DNA of 64,000 bases from Mobula hypostoma (lineage: Eukaryota), in contig NC_086108.1 in the NCBI RefSeq assembly GCF_963921235.1, forward strand, positions 39,434,001 to 39,498,000. Direction: 5' to 3'. The notes beneath the pieces were generated by a model that saw only the letters and a program-made list of their open reading frames with translations, had not been told where the DNA came from and did not search any database. Both the position numbers and the translations under genes were made by a program. Every line of letters begins with the position of its first letter. The stretch's first letter is position 1. Positions 23,020-35,000 of the stretch are shown here, in pieces.

Positions 23020-23260
23020 GGAGTCAGCGCAGAATTCGTTCATGCAGTCATGAGTGTATAGGGAGCAGAGTAGTGCTCCTTGTGGAGCACTCGTGTTGGG
23101 TGTAATCGTGGTGCCTGCCCTATCAACTGTGGTTTGTTGGTCAGGAAATTAGAAAGGGAGATATTTGATCTCTGGTCCAGGAGTTTGGAGATAAGTTTGC
23201 TTGGAATTACTGTATAGTACTGAAGGCCAAGCTACAGTCAATAAACAATACTCTGGTCAT
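23020..23260 (-). mobile_element. Rex1-like RT fragment, decayed
   Basis: The minus strand reads LFIDCSLAFST and APQG-like motifs, homologous to 5570-5770. Confidence 0.55.
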
Positions 23261-23619
23261 TATGTTGGAAATTTTAGGAATGCATATTTAAAAAATAGAA
23301 AAATTTAAGTTTTATTTTCTATTTTTTTCTTCTACTGCTCTTCCTTTGTTTCCCACTTTATTTAGTGATCTTTTGATATTGTGATACCTTAAATTTTGTG
23401 TTTTCAAGAAGATAATGGGCAATTTGTTGGAAACTGAAGAATGTAGGTGTAAGTAAACTAACCACAGACTCCTCCATATTCCCTCCACTACTTTTAGTTC
23501 ATTTGCATTCACATGCACAGAAAAAGAAATCCCAAACATCTTTTATGAAGTCTGGGCTACTGCTCTAAAGTGTAAGTTCCTGTAGAGGATCCTGGGCATT
23601 ATGAATGGAGGCAAAGAAT

Positions 23620-23980
23620 AGAAAGACAAAGGAGATTGGATTGAAGACCTATGACCAATGGTGTGTTGCAGGGATTGGTTCTGGGTCCACTGTTGTTTAC
23701 AATATGTATTAATGATTTGGATGAGAATAGAGGTGGCATGATTAGGTTTCCAGAAGATACCAACATTGGTGGTGCAGGGAACAGTAAGGAAAACTGCCTA
23801 AGATCACAAGAGAATCTAAGTCAATTGCAAAAGTGAGCAAAGGAATGGCAGATAGAATTTTATGCAGATAAGTGCAAATGAATGCATTTTGGAAAGGTAA
23901 ACCAGAGCAGGACTGACAGACAGGACGTCGGGGTATTATAAAACTTGGGGTACAAGTACATAGGTCCCTGAAATTTGGCC
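23620..23980 (+). mobile_element. CR1 RT fragment, decayed
   Basis: ORF 23651-23836 reads GVLQGLVLGPLLFTICINDLDE...FPEDTNIGG. Confidence 0.8.
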
Positions 23981-24399
23981 AGATGTATTGTGACTATATT
24001 ACGTGACTGGTTGAAAACTGGCAGAATGCCCAGCTGCAACTAACATCGACCCACTTGTCCAACCTACTTATCTTCAAATCATAAAGAGATACTCACTTTG
24101 GTCAATTCAAAAATTCTAAAATTCGTGATGCACATGTAAGTGGGCAGGAGGTGCAGCAACTGTTTCCTTGATAACGTGTTAATTTGAATACATCGATTTT
24201 CCAGAAGTATAACACTGGTTCAGCATTGCTGAAGTATATTGCATGAACAAGTAAATGACGTCAGACCCAAGAGTGAAGTATTCAGTTCATATAAGCAATA
24301 GTTTCTATCAAAGTTATACTAAACATCTTTTACTTTAACGGACTGATTAAAATAAGATCATACATCCCTAAAAAGCTCGTTCCTTGAGCTTGCAACAAT

Positions 24400-24672
24400 A
24401 AGAGAAAATGTTTAAAACACTCAGTAGGTCAGGCAGCATCTGTAGAATGAGAACCAAAGTTAACAATTCAGTTTGTTAAGAGGGGATCTTTGACCTAAAT
24501 AGCAAGGTAGTGTTCATGGGTTCGCAGACCATTCGGAAATCTGATGGCGGAGAGGAAGAAGTTTTTCTAAAACATTGCGTGTCAGTCTTCGGCTCCTGTA
24601 TCTCCTGCCCAGTGGTAGGAATGAGAAGAGGGAGTATCCCGGATGGAGAGGGTCCTTAATGATGGATGCTAC
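24400..24672 (-). mobile_element. Adjacent remnants: Penelope-like terminus (~24400-24500) and Rex1-like 3' end (~24500-24672)
   Basis: CTCAGTAGGTCAGGCAGCATCTGT matches the terminal repeat. The minus strand of the second part reads SIIKDPLHPGYSLFSFLPLGRRYRS, homologous to ORF 6293-6514. Confidence 0.6.
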
Positions 24673-25199
24673 CAGGTGATTAATAAAGCATTATACTTAG
24701 AGTTGCCTCTTGTCATCCTGGATGAGTTAAAGTTTGTGATCAACATTATCATAGATTGCAATTTAATCATACTTTTTGAGAAACGTGAGGCATTAAAAAA
24801 CAGCCACAAATCAGTTTATCCCCATGCTATATATCATCATCATGAAGAGACCCAGAGGAAAACAATAAATCTGTTGCATGCAGTATTATAGTTTTGCCTT
24901 CCGAAGTGACATTTTGCTTTGTTTTATGTGTGTAATAATAGTCAACACATTATGAATAAAATCAAGCACGTTATAAAAAGGTATGCGTCATGCCAATTGC
25001 ACGTCTTTCACTATGGCTTCTGACCCAGTGGGAACAATTAATTATAATTTGTGCATCAGTTATTTCCATGAAATCAGTGCTCAGTAAATCAAGTTCACCG
25101 CCCCATCATCCGCAGGTGCGCATTCCGTCTCGTGCGCCATAAACTCTGAGATTACATACTCAAACCTCGCCACTCATTTCCACTCCATAACGTACTCAC

Positions 25200-25220
25200 C
25201 GCAGCCACAGGTGCTGGAGA
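25200..25220 (-). CDS. Candidate 21-nt microexon (SPAPVAA in phase 0)
   Basis: The minus strand reads ctgac...ttgtgcacatttAG|TCTCCAGCACCTGTGGCTGCG|GTGAGT. Confidence 0.3.
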
Positions 25221-25464
25221 CTAAATGTGCACAATGCCAGGTCAGATTATGTATATGTACAACTATTGGCCAATATTACATCTACCTGTATTGATGCCTT
25301 TGTTTTGCATGCACACCCCTCTGGTTCTGACTAAGCATTTGGTCTCCCAATTTAATAAATGTTTATTGGATGACAGTACTGTAGGGCTCTCATCTTCATA
25401 CTGTAAATTATTGCAAATTTGGGCAGTGACTTGTCGTGGTGTAGATACTCCAAACTTGCTATGC

Positions 25465-25610
25465 TATCTCCAGATGAAAGACCTCAGCTCGAAACATCAA
25501 CTGTTTATTCCCTCCACAGATGCCGCCTGACCTACTGAGTTCCTTCAGCACTTTTTGCGTGTGCATTGCTCAAGGTTTCCAACATCTGCAGAATCTCTTG
25601 TATCTCCAGC
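25465..25610 (+). mobile_element. Solo Penelope-like terminal repeat, decayed
   Basis: CAGATGAAAGACCTCAGCTCGAAACATCAACTG...GATGCCGCCTGACCTACTGAGTTCC...CATCTGCAGAATCTCTTGT. Confidence 0.65.
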
Positions 25611-25950
25611 TCCCTGCACATCCCTAGGTGCCGATGCAAAGGATAATCGTTGAGTGCAGTGTGTGATTCTAGAGTAGCTGTGCAAATAAACAACCACTTC
25701 ATCTGCCACATGTTGACAAACTATGTCTGCAACACGAAAGCTAATGAAGTGTTTATCCCGTTCCCTGTGGGTTGAGCCTTCTTTCCTTTCTCCCAGCAGC
25801 TTTCTGTACAACCTTGCTCCCAGCTGAAGCTCCTGCATTAAATCGAACATTACAATGAATCGTTCACAGTTAGTGTGTTTCTTTTTCAAAGTGCACCCGT
25901 GCATCAAACCTGCCCACTTCTCCTTATTGAAAAATGGCTTGCACACCTAC

Positions 25951-26046
25951 ATGGACCCCTTGACCCTGTTCTGACAAGTCTGGCACACCAGCAGCACTGA
26001 GGGTGCTGAGACCCAGCAGGCAGACATGTGAGCAACGTTGCTCCAT
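25951..26046 (-). CDS. Candidate first coding exon (MEQRCSHVCLLGLSTLSAAGVPDLSEQGQGVH)
   Basis: aacaATGG Kozak-like start and donor CAT|GTAGGT. TTTATAA and TGACGTG lie upstream on the minus strand. No homology recognised. Confidence 0.15.
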
Positions 26047-27012
26047 TGTTTATAGCCGCTGCTGTTTCCAGCAGGAATTACCGCTTTCCTCATGTTATAA
26101 ATCTAGACTCAAAACTTCGAAGTAAATCTGTGACCCGCACGTCAGCATCTATTGTATTGCAGATATAATCGTTTTGCTTGGCAAGTTCTGACTGGTAATT
26201 TTCAAGAAATAGCCAACCCATATCTGGAATTGCATGAATTTTGGGGTTGAGTGGTGTTAGAATCTCATTTCAAAGATGTAAGAGTGTCTGAGAAAAAAAC
26301 AACCTGTTAAAATTTAATAATTTCCTATTATTCATTCAAAACTGGTGAAATAGTATCTTTTTTAATTTAAGAAATCTCAAAATCTTTTAAATTGCCACAT
26401 AGATTAGAATTCTGTCTGTCCAGGTGGGTTTCCAGTCGATTTATTTTTATTACTGAGTTCAGACTAAATTGGCTTTTATTTCAAAGTGAGCAAATGCAAC
26501 ATAAATCAGGGAATTACGCTAATGGGTTCGATCACTTTCGACAGAGGCACGCTCAGTGCTGGAGGAGACACATTTAGGAAGTGCGGTTTCCTGAACAGTA
26601 ATCAATGCCATTTGTTGTAGTCTCGTCCTCTACTTACATTCTTAAGCCTAGAGGGAGATTGGCCGGAATGTGGACTTTTATCCCATTTAAATTCCTATAT
26701 GTGAAGAATCTTCCAATGTATAACTGTGAGGTGTACTTTACCTTCCTGCCCATTGCAAGAAAGAATAAATCTTTTTAAATCTTCCCAGTGTCCTCATCAC
26801 CAAAACAACATTAAAGACCCAAAGAAACAAAAGCTCTTTAATTTTATGTTTTATGTCTGAATTTGGACAGTGGAGTGGGACCAGTCAAAAGTTATTACAC
26901 AAAGACCTTAACTCAAGATTACCTTTTGCTGCTGTCAATGATCAAAATTGGAGGCAAAATACCATAGCTGTTTCCCAATTACACATTTCTTTTTGAGGAT
27001 CACTGCATAGCA

Positions 27013-27091
27013 TAGGGGTTCCCAATGTGGGTTCAGAGATCCCTCCGTTAATGGGAGGGATCCATCACATACAAAAGTTTGGGAACCCCTG
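27013..27091. mobile_element. ~80-bp hAT-like MITE, copy 3
   Basis: Terminal inverted repeat AGGGGTTCCCAA...TTGGGAACCCCT. The TSD is decayed (5/8 match). Confidence 0.65.
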
Positions 27092-28189
27092 GCTTAGTGC
27101 AATGAACAATTTAAATAATAAAAGAGTAATCTTAACATTACCTTATTATGGTTTTGCTGTTACATACCCGGACTTGTGTACTGACTTGCGTATGGATGCA
27201 TTATCATCCATGATTGACACTGACCAACAGACGGCCTCACGTAATTCAAAGAACTGCTCCTTAACTGTGTTTTAAAAAGTCTGAAAATAGACTCAATGTG
27301 TCAACAAAGTGCATAGCTTATTCAAAATGCAAACCAAATGTTCATCCAGAAAAAGTATCTGTCCAAAAGTGCTTTCTTCCTCAGTGACTTGAGACTTGGG
27401 ATGAATTTATCCACTCCAGTTCTACGGTTCTGACCTGACTGATGATGCCAGTGTGGGAGCTGCAATCACTGGACAAAAGGGGTTTGATGGGGTGGGTGAT
27501 TTTTGTTTTAAGGAGATTATATGTTTTAATCAGACATTAACAGCAGGGCTATGTGGGCTCTCAATAACAACTCAAATGCATCCTCTCCACTTCAATTAAC
27601 ATAATGCCATTTAGTTTTCATTTCCGTTAACAATTTGGATAAAATTTCGTTGGCATGGTTAGAAATTTGTGGATAACACCAAAATTGGTGGTGTAGTCCA
27701 CAGTGAATAAAATTGCCCAGATCTCCATCAGTTGGTGGGAACTTTTTCAAGACTTTGTGATGTTTAATTGGATTCAGAAAACAGACATTTGAAGATCAAA
27801 ACCACAAAGCTCATGATCTTCTGGGAAACGGTGATCCCTGCACTCCTATGCCTCTAAGCACCCACCAAAAATGTACTGTGACTTGCATTTTAATATCCTT
27901 TAGCTTTTTCCATTACACAGAAATGTTTCGTGAGAAGTGTTACTTTTCATATTTTTTTTCTTTCAGTGTTATTTAAAACTGAAACTACAGAAATGGTACA
28001 ATGCTGGTGTTAGCAGGCTTCTGTTGCAAGTTCATCTGCAGCTGTGATGATACTCGTGTGTGGATTCTACTATTGGATAGTTGTCAATAATGGGCTGCGG
28101 ACTGCGTGTGCATCCGTACATGGAAATTAGCCACCCACACATAGAACATAGAAATCAGCCCTTTATCTCTGCAACCAGTCAAGACTAAT

Positions 28190-28610
28190 AGAGTAATAGA
28201 GACACCAGCAACTGTGATGCTGGGGGATGGAGCAATAACCAAGATACGAGAGGAACTGATCAAGTCAGGCAGCACCTGTGGAGGGAAATAGATCGTTAAA
28301 GCTTCAGGCTGAGATGATTCAAATGAATGGGTTCAGCTGAACTCATCTATTTACACAAACATCATTTTACTCTCTCCACACTCTCTTCAATGCTCTCCAG
28401 ATCCTAAACCCACTTTCAATCTGGACAATTTACCGTGGCCACTCAACCCACCAAACAGCACTTCTTCAGACTGTGGGAAGAAACAAAAGCACCTGGAGGA
28501 AACCCACAGAATCATAAGCAGAGCTTGCAAACTCCACGCTGACAGCACCAGAGGTTAGGATCCTGGAGCTCTGAGGCAGCAGCTGTACCAGCTGTGCCAC
28601 TGCGCCACCC
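28190..28610 (-). mobile_element. Decayed Penelope-like terminus (~28190-28320) and V-SINE-like copy (~28420-28610)
   Basis: GAGGAACTGATCAAGTCAGGCAGCACCTGTGGAGGGAAA, then TGTGGGAAGAAACAAAAGCACCTGGAGGAAACCCAC...TGCAAACTCCAC. Confidence 0.6.
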
Positions 28611-29070
28611 ATGCTCTGTGAAGCTGTGCTGATCTTCACTTGTAGCTAGAAATCACCTGGGACAGAGTGAATGGCAGTATGTGCAGAAATCCGATCAATT
28701 CTGCCCAAACAATACAATTTCAAAGCTTCACAAAGATACATGCACACATGTACACATGTTCCAAACTTTAGCTGCAACAAAACATGCAATCATAGCAATG
28801 CACTATGAATTAAAACAAAGATTCTATCAAGTTCGAGACTGCTGCTTTCTTCCAGGGCTGAATTTGGTGTCAAATTACCAGGAGATTTGGATGTTGCTGG
28901 GGCCCTGCACTTCAGATATAGTCTCAATCTCAGTAAATATGTTCACAGGCCAAAGTACATGAACAGTAGGTCTTCAGGTATTCAGATTGCTGAGGGACAT
29001 CCTGACTGATTTTGGATGAAAATCCTTGTATGAGTCGATTAACTCACTTCATTATTAACAAGCTTTAGTT

Positions 29071-32000
29071 GGGGAGGGGAATGGGTGAATACAGGAGGGG
29101 AGTGGGTGAGTACAGGAGGGGAGGGGGTGAATACAGGAGGGGAGTGGGTGAGTACGGGAGGGGAGTGGGTGAATACAGGATGGGAGTGAGTAAGTACGGA
29201 AGGGGAGTGAGTGAATACAAGAGGGGAGTGGCTGAGTACAGTAGGGGAGTGGGCGAATACAGGAGGGGAATGAGTGAGTACGGGACGGGAGTGGGTGAAT
29301 ACAGGAGGGGAGTGGGTAAATACAGGAGGGGAGTGGGTGAGAACAGGAGAGGAATGGGTGAATACAGGAGGGGAATGGGTGAGTACAGGAGGGGAGTGGG
29401 TGAGTATGGGAGGGAAATGGGTGAATACAGGAGGGGAGTGGGTGAATACAGGGAGGGAATGGGTGAGTACAGGAGGGGAATGGGTGAGTACGGGAGGGGA
29501 ATGGGTGTTTACAGGATGGGAATAGGTGAGTACGGGAGGGGAATGGGTGTTTACAGGATGGGAATGGGTGAGTACAGGTGGGGAGTGGGTGAGTACAGGA
29601 GGGGTATGGGTGAATACAGGAGGGGAATGGGTGAGTACGGGAGGGGAGTGGGTGAATACAGGAGGGGAGTGGGTGAGTACTAGAGGGGAATGGCTGAATA
29701 TTGGAGAGGAATGGGTGAATACAGGAGGTGAGTGGGTGAATACAGGAGGGGAATGGGTGAGTACAGGAAGAGAGTGGGTGAGTGCAGGAGGGGAATGGGT
29801 GAATTCAGGAGAGGAGTGGGTGAATACAGGAGAGGAGTGGGTGAGTACAGGAGGGGAGTGGGTGAGTACAGGAGGGAGTGGGTGAATACAGAAGGGGAGT
29901 GGGTGAGTACAGGAGGGAAATGGGTGAATATTGGAGGGAAATGGGTCAGTACAGGAGGAGAGTGGGTGAATACAGAAGGGGAGTGGGTGAGTACTGGAGG
30001 GAAATGGGTGAATATTGGAGGGAAATGGGTGAGTACAGGAGGAGAGTGGGTGAGTGCAGGAGGGGAATGGGTGAATTCAGGAGAGGAGTGGGTGAATACA
30101 GGAGGGGAGTGAGTGAGTACAGGAGGGGAGTGGGTGAGTACAGGAGGGAGTGGGTGAATACAGAAGGGGAGTGGGTGAGTACAGGAGGGAAATGGGTGAG
30201 TCCAGAAGGGGAGGGGGTGAGTACTGGAGGTGACTGGGTGAGTACTGGAGGGGAATGGGCAAATACTGGAGGGGAATAGTTGAGTACAGGAGTGGAGTGG
30301 GTGAGTACAGGAGGGGAATGGGTGAGTCCAGAAGGGAGTGGGCGAATACAGGACGGGAGTGGGTGAATACAGGGGGGGAATGGGTGAGTACAGGAGGGGA
30401 ATGGGTGACTACGGGAGGGGAATAGGTGTTTACAGGATGGGAATAGGTGAGTACGGGAGGGGAATGGGTGAGTACGGGAGGGGAATGGGTGTTTACAGGA
30501 TGGGAATAGGTGAGTACAGGTGGGGAGTGGGTGAGTACAGGAGGGGTATGGGTGAATACAGGAGGGGAATGGGTGAGTACGGGAGGGGAGTGGGTGAATA
30601 CAGGAGGGGAGTGGGTGAGTACTAGAGGGGAATGGCTGAATATTGGAGGGGAATGGGTGAATACAGGAGGTGAGTGGGTGAATACAGGAGGGGAATGGGT
30701 GAGTACAGGAAGAGAGTGGGTGAGTGCAGGAGGGGAATGGGTGACTTCAGGAGAGGAGTGGGTGAATACAGGAGGGGAGTGGGTGAGTACAGGAGGGGAG
30801 TGGGTGAGTACAGGAGGGAGTGGGTGAGTACAGGAGGGAAATGGGTGAATACAGGAGGGGAATGCGTGAGTACGGGAGGGGAGTGGGTGAATAAAGGAGG
30901 GGAGTGGGTGAGTACAGGAGGAGAGTGCGTGAATACAGGACGGGGTGGGTGAATACAGAAGGGGAGTGGGTGAATACAGGAGGTGATTGGGTGAGTACAG
31001 GAGGGGAGTGGGTGTTTACAAGATGGGAATAGGTGAGTACGGGAGGGGAATGGGTGTTTACAGGATGGGAATGGGTGAGTACGGGAGGGGAGTGGGTGAA
31101 TACAGGAGGGGAGTGGGTGAGTACTGGAGGGGAGTGGGTGAATACAGGAGGGGAGTGGGTGAGTACTGGAGGGGAATGGGTGAATATTGGAGGGAAATGG
31201 GTGAGTACAGGAGGAGAGTGGGTGAGTACAGGAGGGGAATGGGTGAATTCAGGAGAGGAGAGAGTTAATACAGGAGGGGAGTGAGTGAGTACACGAGGGG
31301 AGTGGGTCAGTATAGGAGGGAGTGGGTGAATACAGAAGGGGAGTGGGTGAGTACAGGAGGGAAATGGGTGAATACAGGAGAGGAATTTGTGAGTACGGGA
31401 GGAGAGTGGGTGAATAAAGGAGGGGAGTGGGTGAGTACAGGAGGGGAGTGGGTGAGTACAGGAGGCAGAGGGTTAATACAGAAGGGGAGTGGGTGAGCAC
31501 AGGAGGGGAATGGGTGAGTCCAGAAGGGAGTGGATTAATAAAGAAGGGAGAGAGTGTGAGTACAGGAGGGGAGTGGGTGAATACAGAAGGGGAGTGGGTG
31601 AGTACTGGAGGGGAGTGAATGAGTACAGGAGGGGATTGGGCGAATACTGGAGGGGAATGGGTGAGTACAGGAGGGGAGTGGGTGAACATAGGAGTGGAGT
31701 GGGTGAGTATGGGAGGGGAGTGGGTGACTAGGAAGGGGAGTGGGTGAGTACAGGAGGGGAATGGGTGAGTACAGGAGGGGAATCGGTGACTAGGAAGGGG
31801 AGTGGGTGAGTACAGGAGGGGAATGGGTGAGTACAGGAGGGGAATGGGTGAATACAGGAGGGGAGTGGGTGAGTAGAGGAGGGGAATGAGAGAGTGCAGG
31901 AGGGGAAAGGGTGAATACAGGAGGGGAATAGGTGAGAACAGGAGGGGAATGGGTGAGTACGGGAGGGGAGTGGGTGAGTACAGGAGGGGATGGGTGAGTA

Positions 32001-35000
32001 CAGGAGGGGAGCGGGTGAGTACAGGAGGGGAGTGAGTGTATACAGGATGGGAATGAGTGAGTACGGGAGGGGAATGGGTGAGTACAGGATGGGAGGGGGT
32101 GAATACAGGAGGGCAATGGGTGAATACAGGAGGGGAATGCGTGAATGCAGGAGGGGAATGCGTGAATACAGGAGGGGAGTGGGTGAGTACGGGAGGGGAG
32201 TGGCTGAGTACAGGAGGGGAGTGGGTGAATACAGGAGAGGAATAGGTGAATGTAGGAGGGGAGTGGGTGAATACAGGAGGGCAGTGGGTGAGTACAGGAG
32301 GGCAGTGAGTGAGTACAGGAGGGAGTGGGTGAATACACAAGGGGAGTAGGTGAATACAGGAGGGGAATGGGTGAGTACAGGAGGGGATTGGGTGAGTATG
32401 GGAGGGGAATGGGTGAATACAGGAGGGGAGTGCGTGAATACACGGGGGGGAATGGGTGAGTACAGGAGGGGAATGGGTGAGTACGGGAGGGGAATGGGTG
32501 TTTACAGGATGGGAATAGGTGAGTACGGGAGGGGAATGGGTGATTACGGGAGGAGAATGGGTGTTTACAGGATGGGAATAGGTGAGTACAGGTGGGGAGT
32601 GGGTGAGTACCGGAGGGGTATGGGTGAATACAGGAGGGGAATGGGTGAGTACGGGAGGGGAGTGGGTGAATACAGGAGGGGAGTGGGTGAGTACGGGAGG
32701 GGAATGGGTGAATATTGGAGGGGAATGGGTGAGTAGAGGAGGTGAGTGGGTGAGTGCAGGAGGGGAATGGGTGAATTCAGGAGGGGTGTGGGTGAGAGCA
32801 GGAGGGAGTGGGTGAATACAGAAGGGGAGTGGGTGAGTCCAGAAGTGGGAGAGGGTGAGTACAGGAGAGGAATGGGTGAATACAGAAGAGGAGTGGGTGA
32901 GTACTGGAGGGGAGTGGGTGTGTACTGGGGGGGAATGGGCGAATACTGGAGGGGAATGGGTGAGTACAGGAGGGGAGTGGGTGAACATAGGAGTGGAGTG
33001 GGTGAGTACTGGATGGGAGTGTCTAATTTCAGGAGGGGAATGGGTGAGTACGGGAGGAGAATGGGTGACTAGGAAGGGGAGTGGGTGAGTACAGGAGGGG
33101 AATGGGTGACTAGGAAGGGGAGTGGGTGAGTACTGGAGGGGAATGGGTGAGTACAGGAGGGGTATGAGTGAGTGCAGGAGGGGAATGGGTGAATACAGGA
33201 GGGGAATGCGTGAGTACGGGAGGGGAGTGGGTGAATAAAGGAGGGGAGTGGGTGAGTACAGGAGGGAGTGGGTGAATACAGAAGGGGAGTGGGTGAGTCC
33301 AGAAGGGAGTGGGTGAATACAGAAGGGGGAGAGGGTGAGTACAGGTGGGGAATGGGTGAATACAGGAGGAGAGTGGGTGAGTGCAGGAGGGGAATGGGTG
33401 AATTCAGGAGGGGAATGGTGAGTACGCGAGGGGAGTGCGTGAATACAGGAGGAGAGTGGGTGAGTACTGGAGGGGAATGGGTGAGTACGGGAGGGGAATG
33501 GGTGTTTACAGGATGGGAATAGGTGAGTACGGGAGGGGAGTGGGTGAGTACAGGAGGAGAGTGGGTGAGTGCAGGAAGGGAATAGGTGAATTCAGGAGAG
33601 GTGTGGGTGAATACAGGAGGGAGTGGGTGAATACAGAAAGGGAGTGGGTGAGTACAGGAGGGAAATGGGTAAATACAGGAGGGGAATGCGTGAGTACGGG
33701 AGGGGAGTGGGTGAATAAAGGAGGGGAGTGGATGAGTACAGGAGGGGTATGTGTGAATGCAAGAGGGGAATGGGTGAGTACGGGAGGGGAGTGGGTGAAT
33801 ACAGGAGGGGAGTGGGTGAGTACTGGCGGGGAATGGGTTAATATTGGAGTGGAATGGGTGAATACAGGATTTGAGTGGGTGAGTACAGGAGGGGAGTGGG
33901 TGAGTACAGGAGGGAGTGGGTGAATACAGAAGGGGAGTGGGTGAGTACAGGCGGGAAATGGGTGAATACAGGAGAGGAATGTGTGAGTACGGGAGGGTAG
34001 TGGGTGAATAAAGGAGGGGAGTGGGTGAGTACAGGAGGGGAGTGGGTGAGGACAGGAGGGAGTGGATGAATACAGAAGGGGAGTGGGTGAGTACAGGAGG
34101 GGAATGGGTGAGTCCAGAAGGGAGTGGGTGAATACAGAAGGGGGAGAGGGTGAGTGCAGGAGAGGAATGGGTGAATACAGAAGGGGAGTGGGTGAGTACT
34201 GGAGGGGAATGGGTGATAGGAAGGGGAGTGGGTGAGTACAGGAGGGGAATGGGTGACTAGGAAGGGGAGTGGGTGAGTACTGGAGGGGAATGGGTGAGTA
34301 CAGGAGGGGTATGAGTGATTGCAGGAGGGGAATGGGTGAATACAGGAGGGGAATGCGTGAGTACGGGAGGGGAGTGGGTGAATACAGAAGGGGAGTGGGT
34401 GAGTCCAGAAGGGAGTGGGTGAATACAGAAGGGGGAGAGGGTGAGTACACGAGGGGAATGGGTGAATACAGAAGGGGAGTGGGTGAGTACTGGAGGGGAG
34501 TGGGTGAGTAAAGTAGGGGAGTGGGTGAACATGGGAATGGAGTGGGTGAGTACTGGAGGGGAGTGTCTAAGTTCAGCAGGGGAATGGGTGAGTACGGGAG
34601 GGGAATGGGTGAGTACAGGAGGGGAATGAGTGAGTGCAGGAGGGGAATGGGTGAATACAGGAGGGGAATCGGTGAGAACAGGAGGAGAATGGGTGAGTAC
34701 GGGAGTGGAGTGGGTGAGTACAGGAGGGGATGGGTGAGTACAGGAGGGGAGCGGGTGAGCACAGGAGGGGAGTGGGTGTATACAGGATGGGAATAAGTGA
34801 GTACGGGAGGGGAATGGGTGACTAGGAAGGGGAGTGGGTGAGTACTGGAGGGGAATGGGTGAGTACAGGAGGGCTATGAGTGAGTGCAGGAGGGGAATGT
34901 GTGAATACAGGATGGGAATGCATGAGTACGGGAGGGGAGTGGGTGAATAAAGGAGGGGAGTGGGTGAGTACAGGAGGGAGTGGGTGAATACAGAAGGGGG

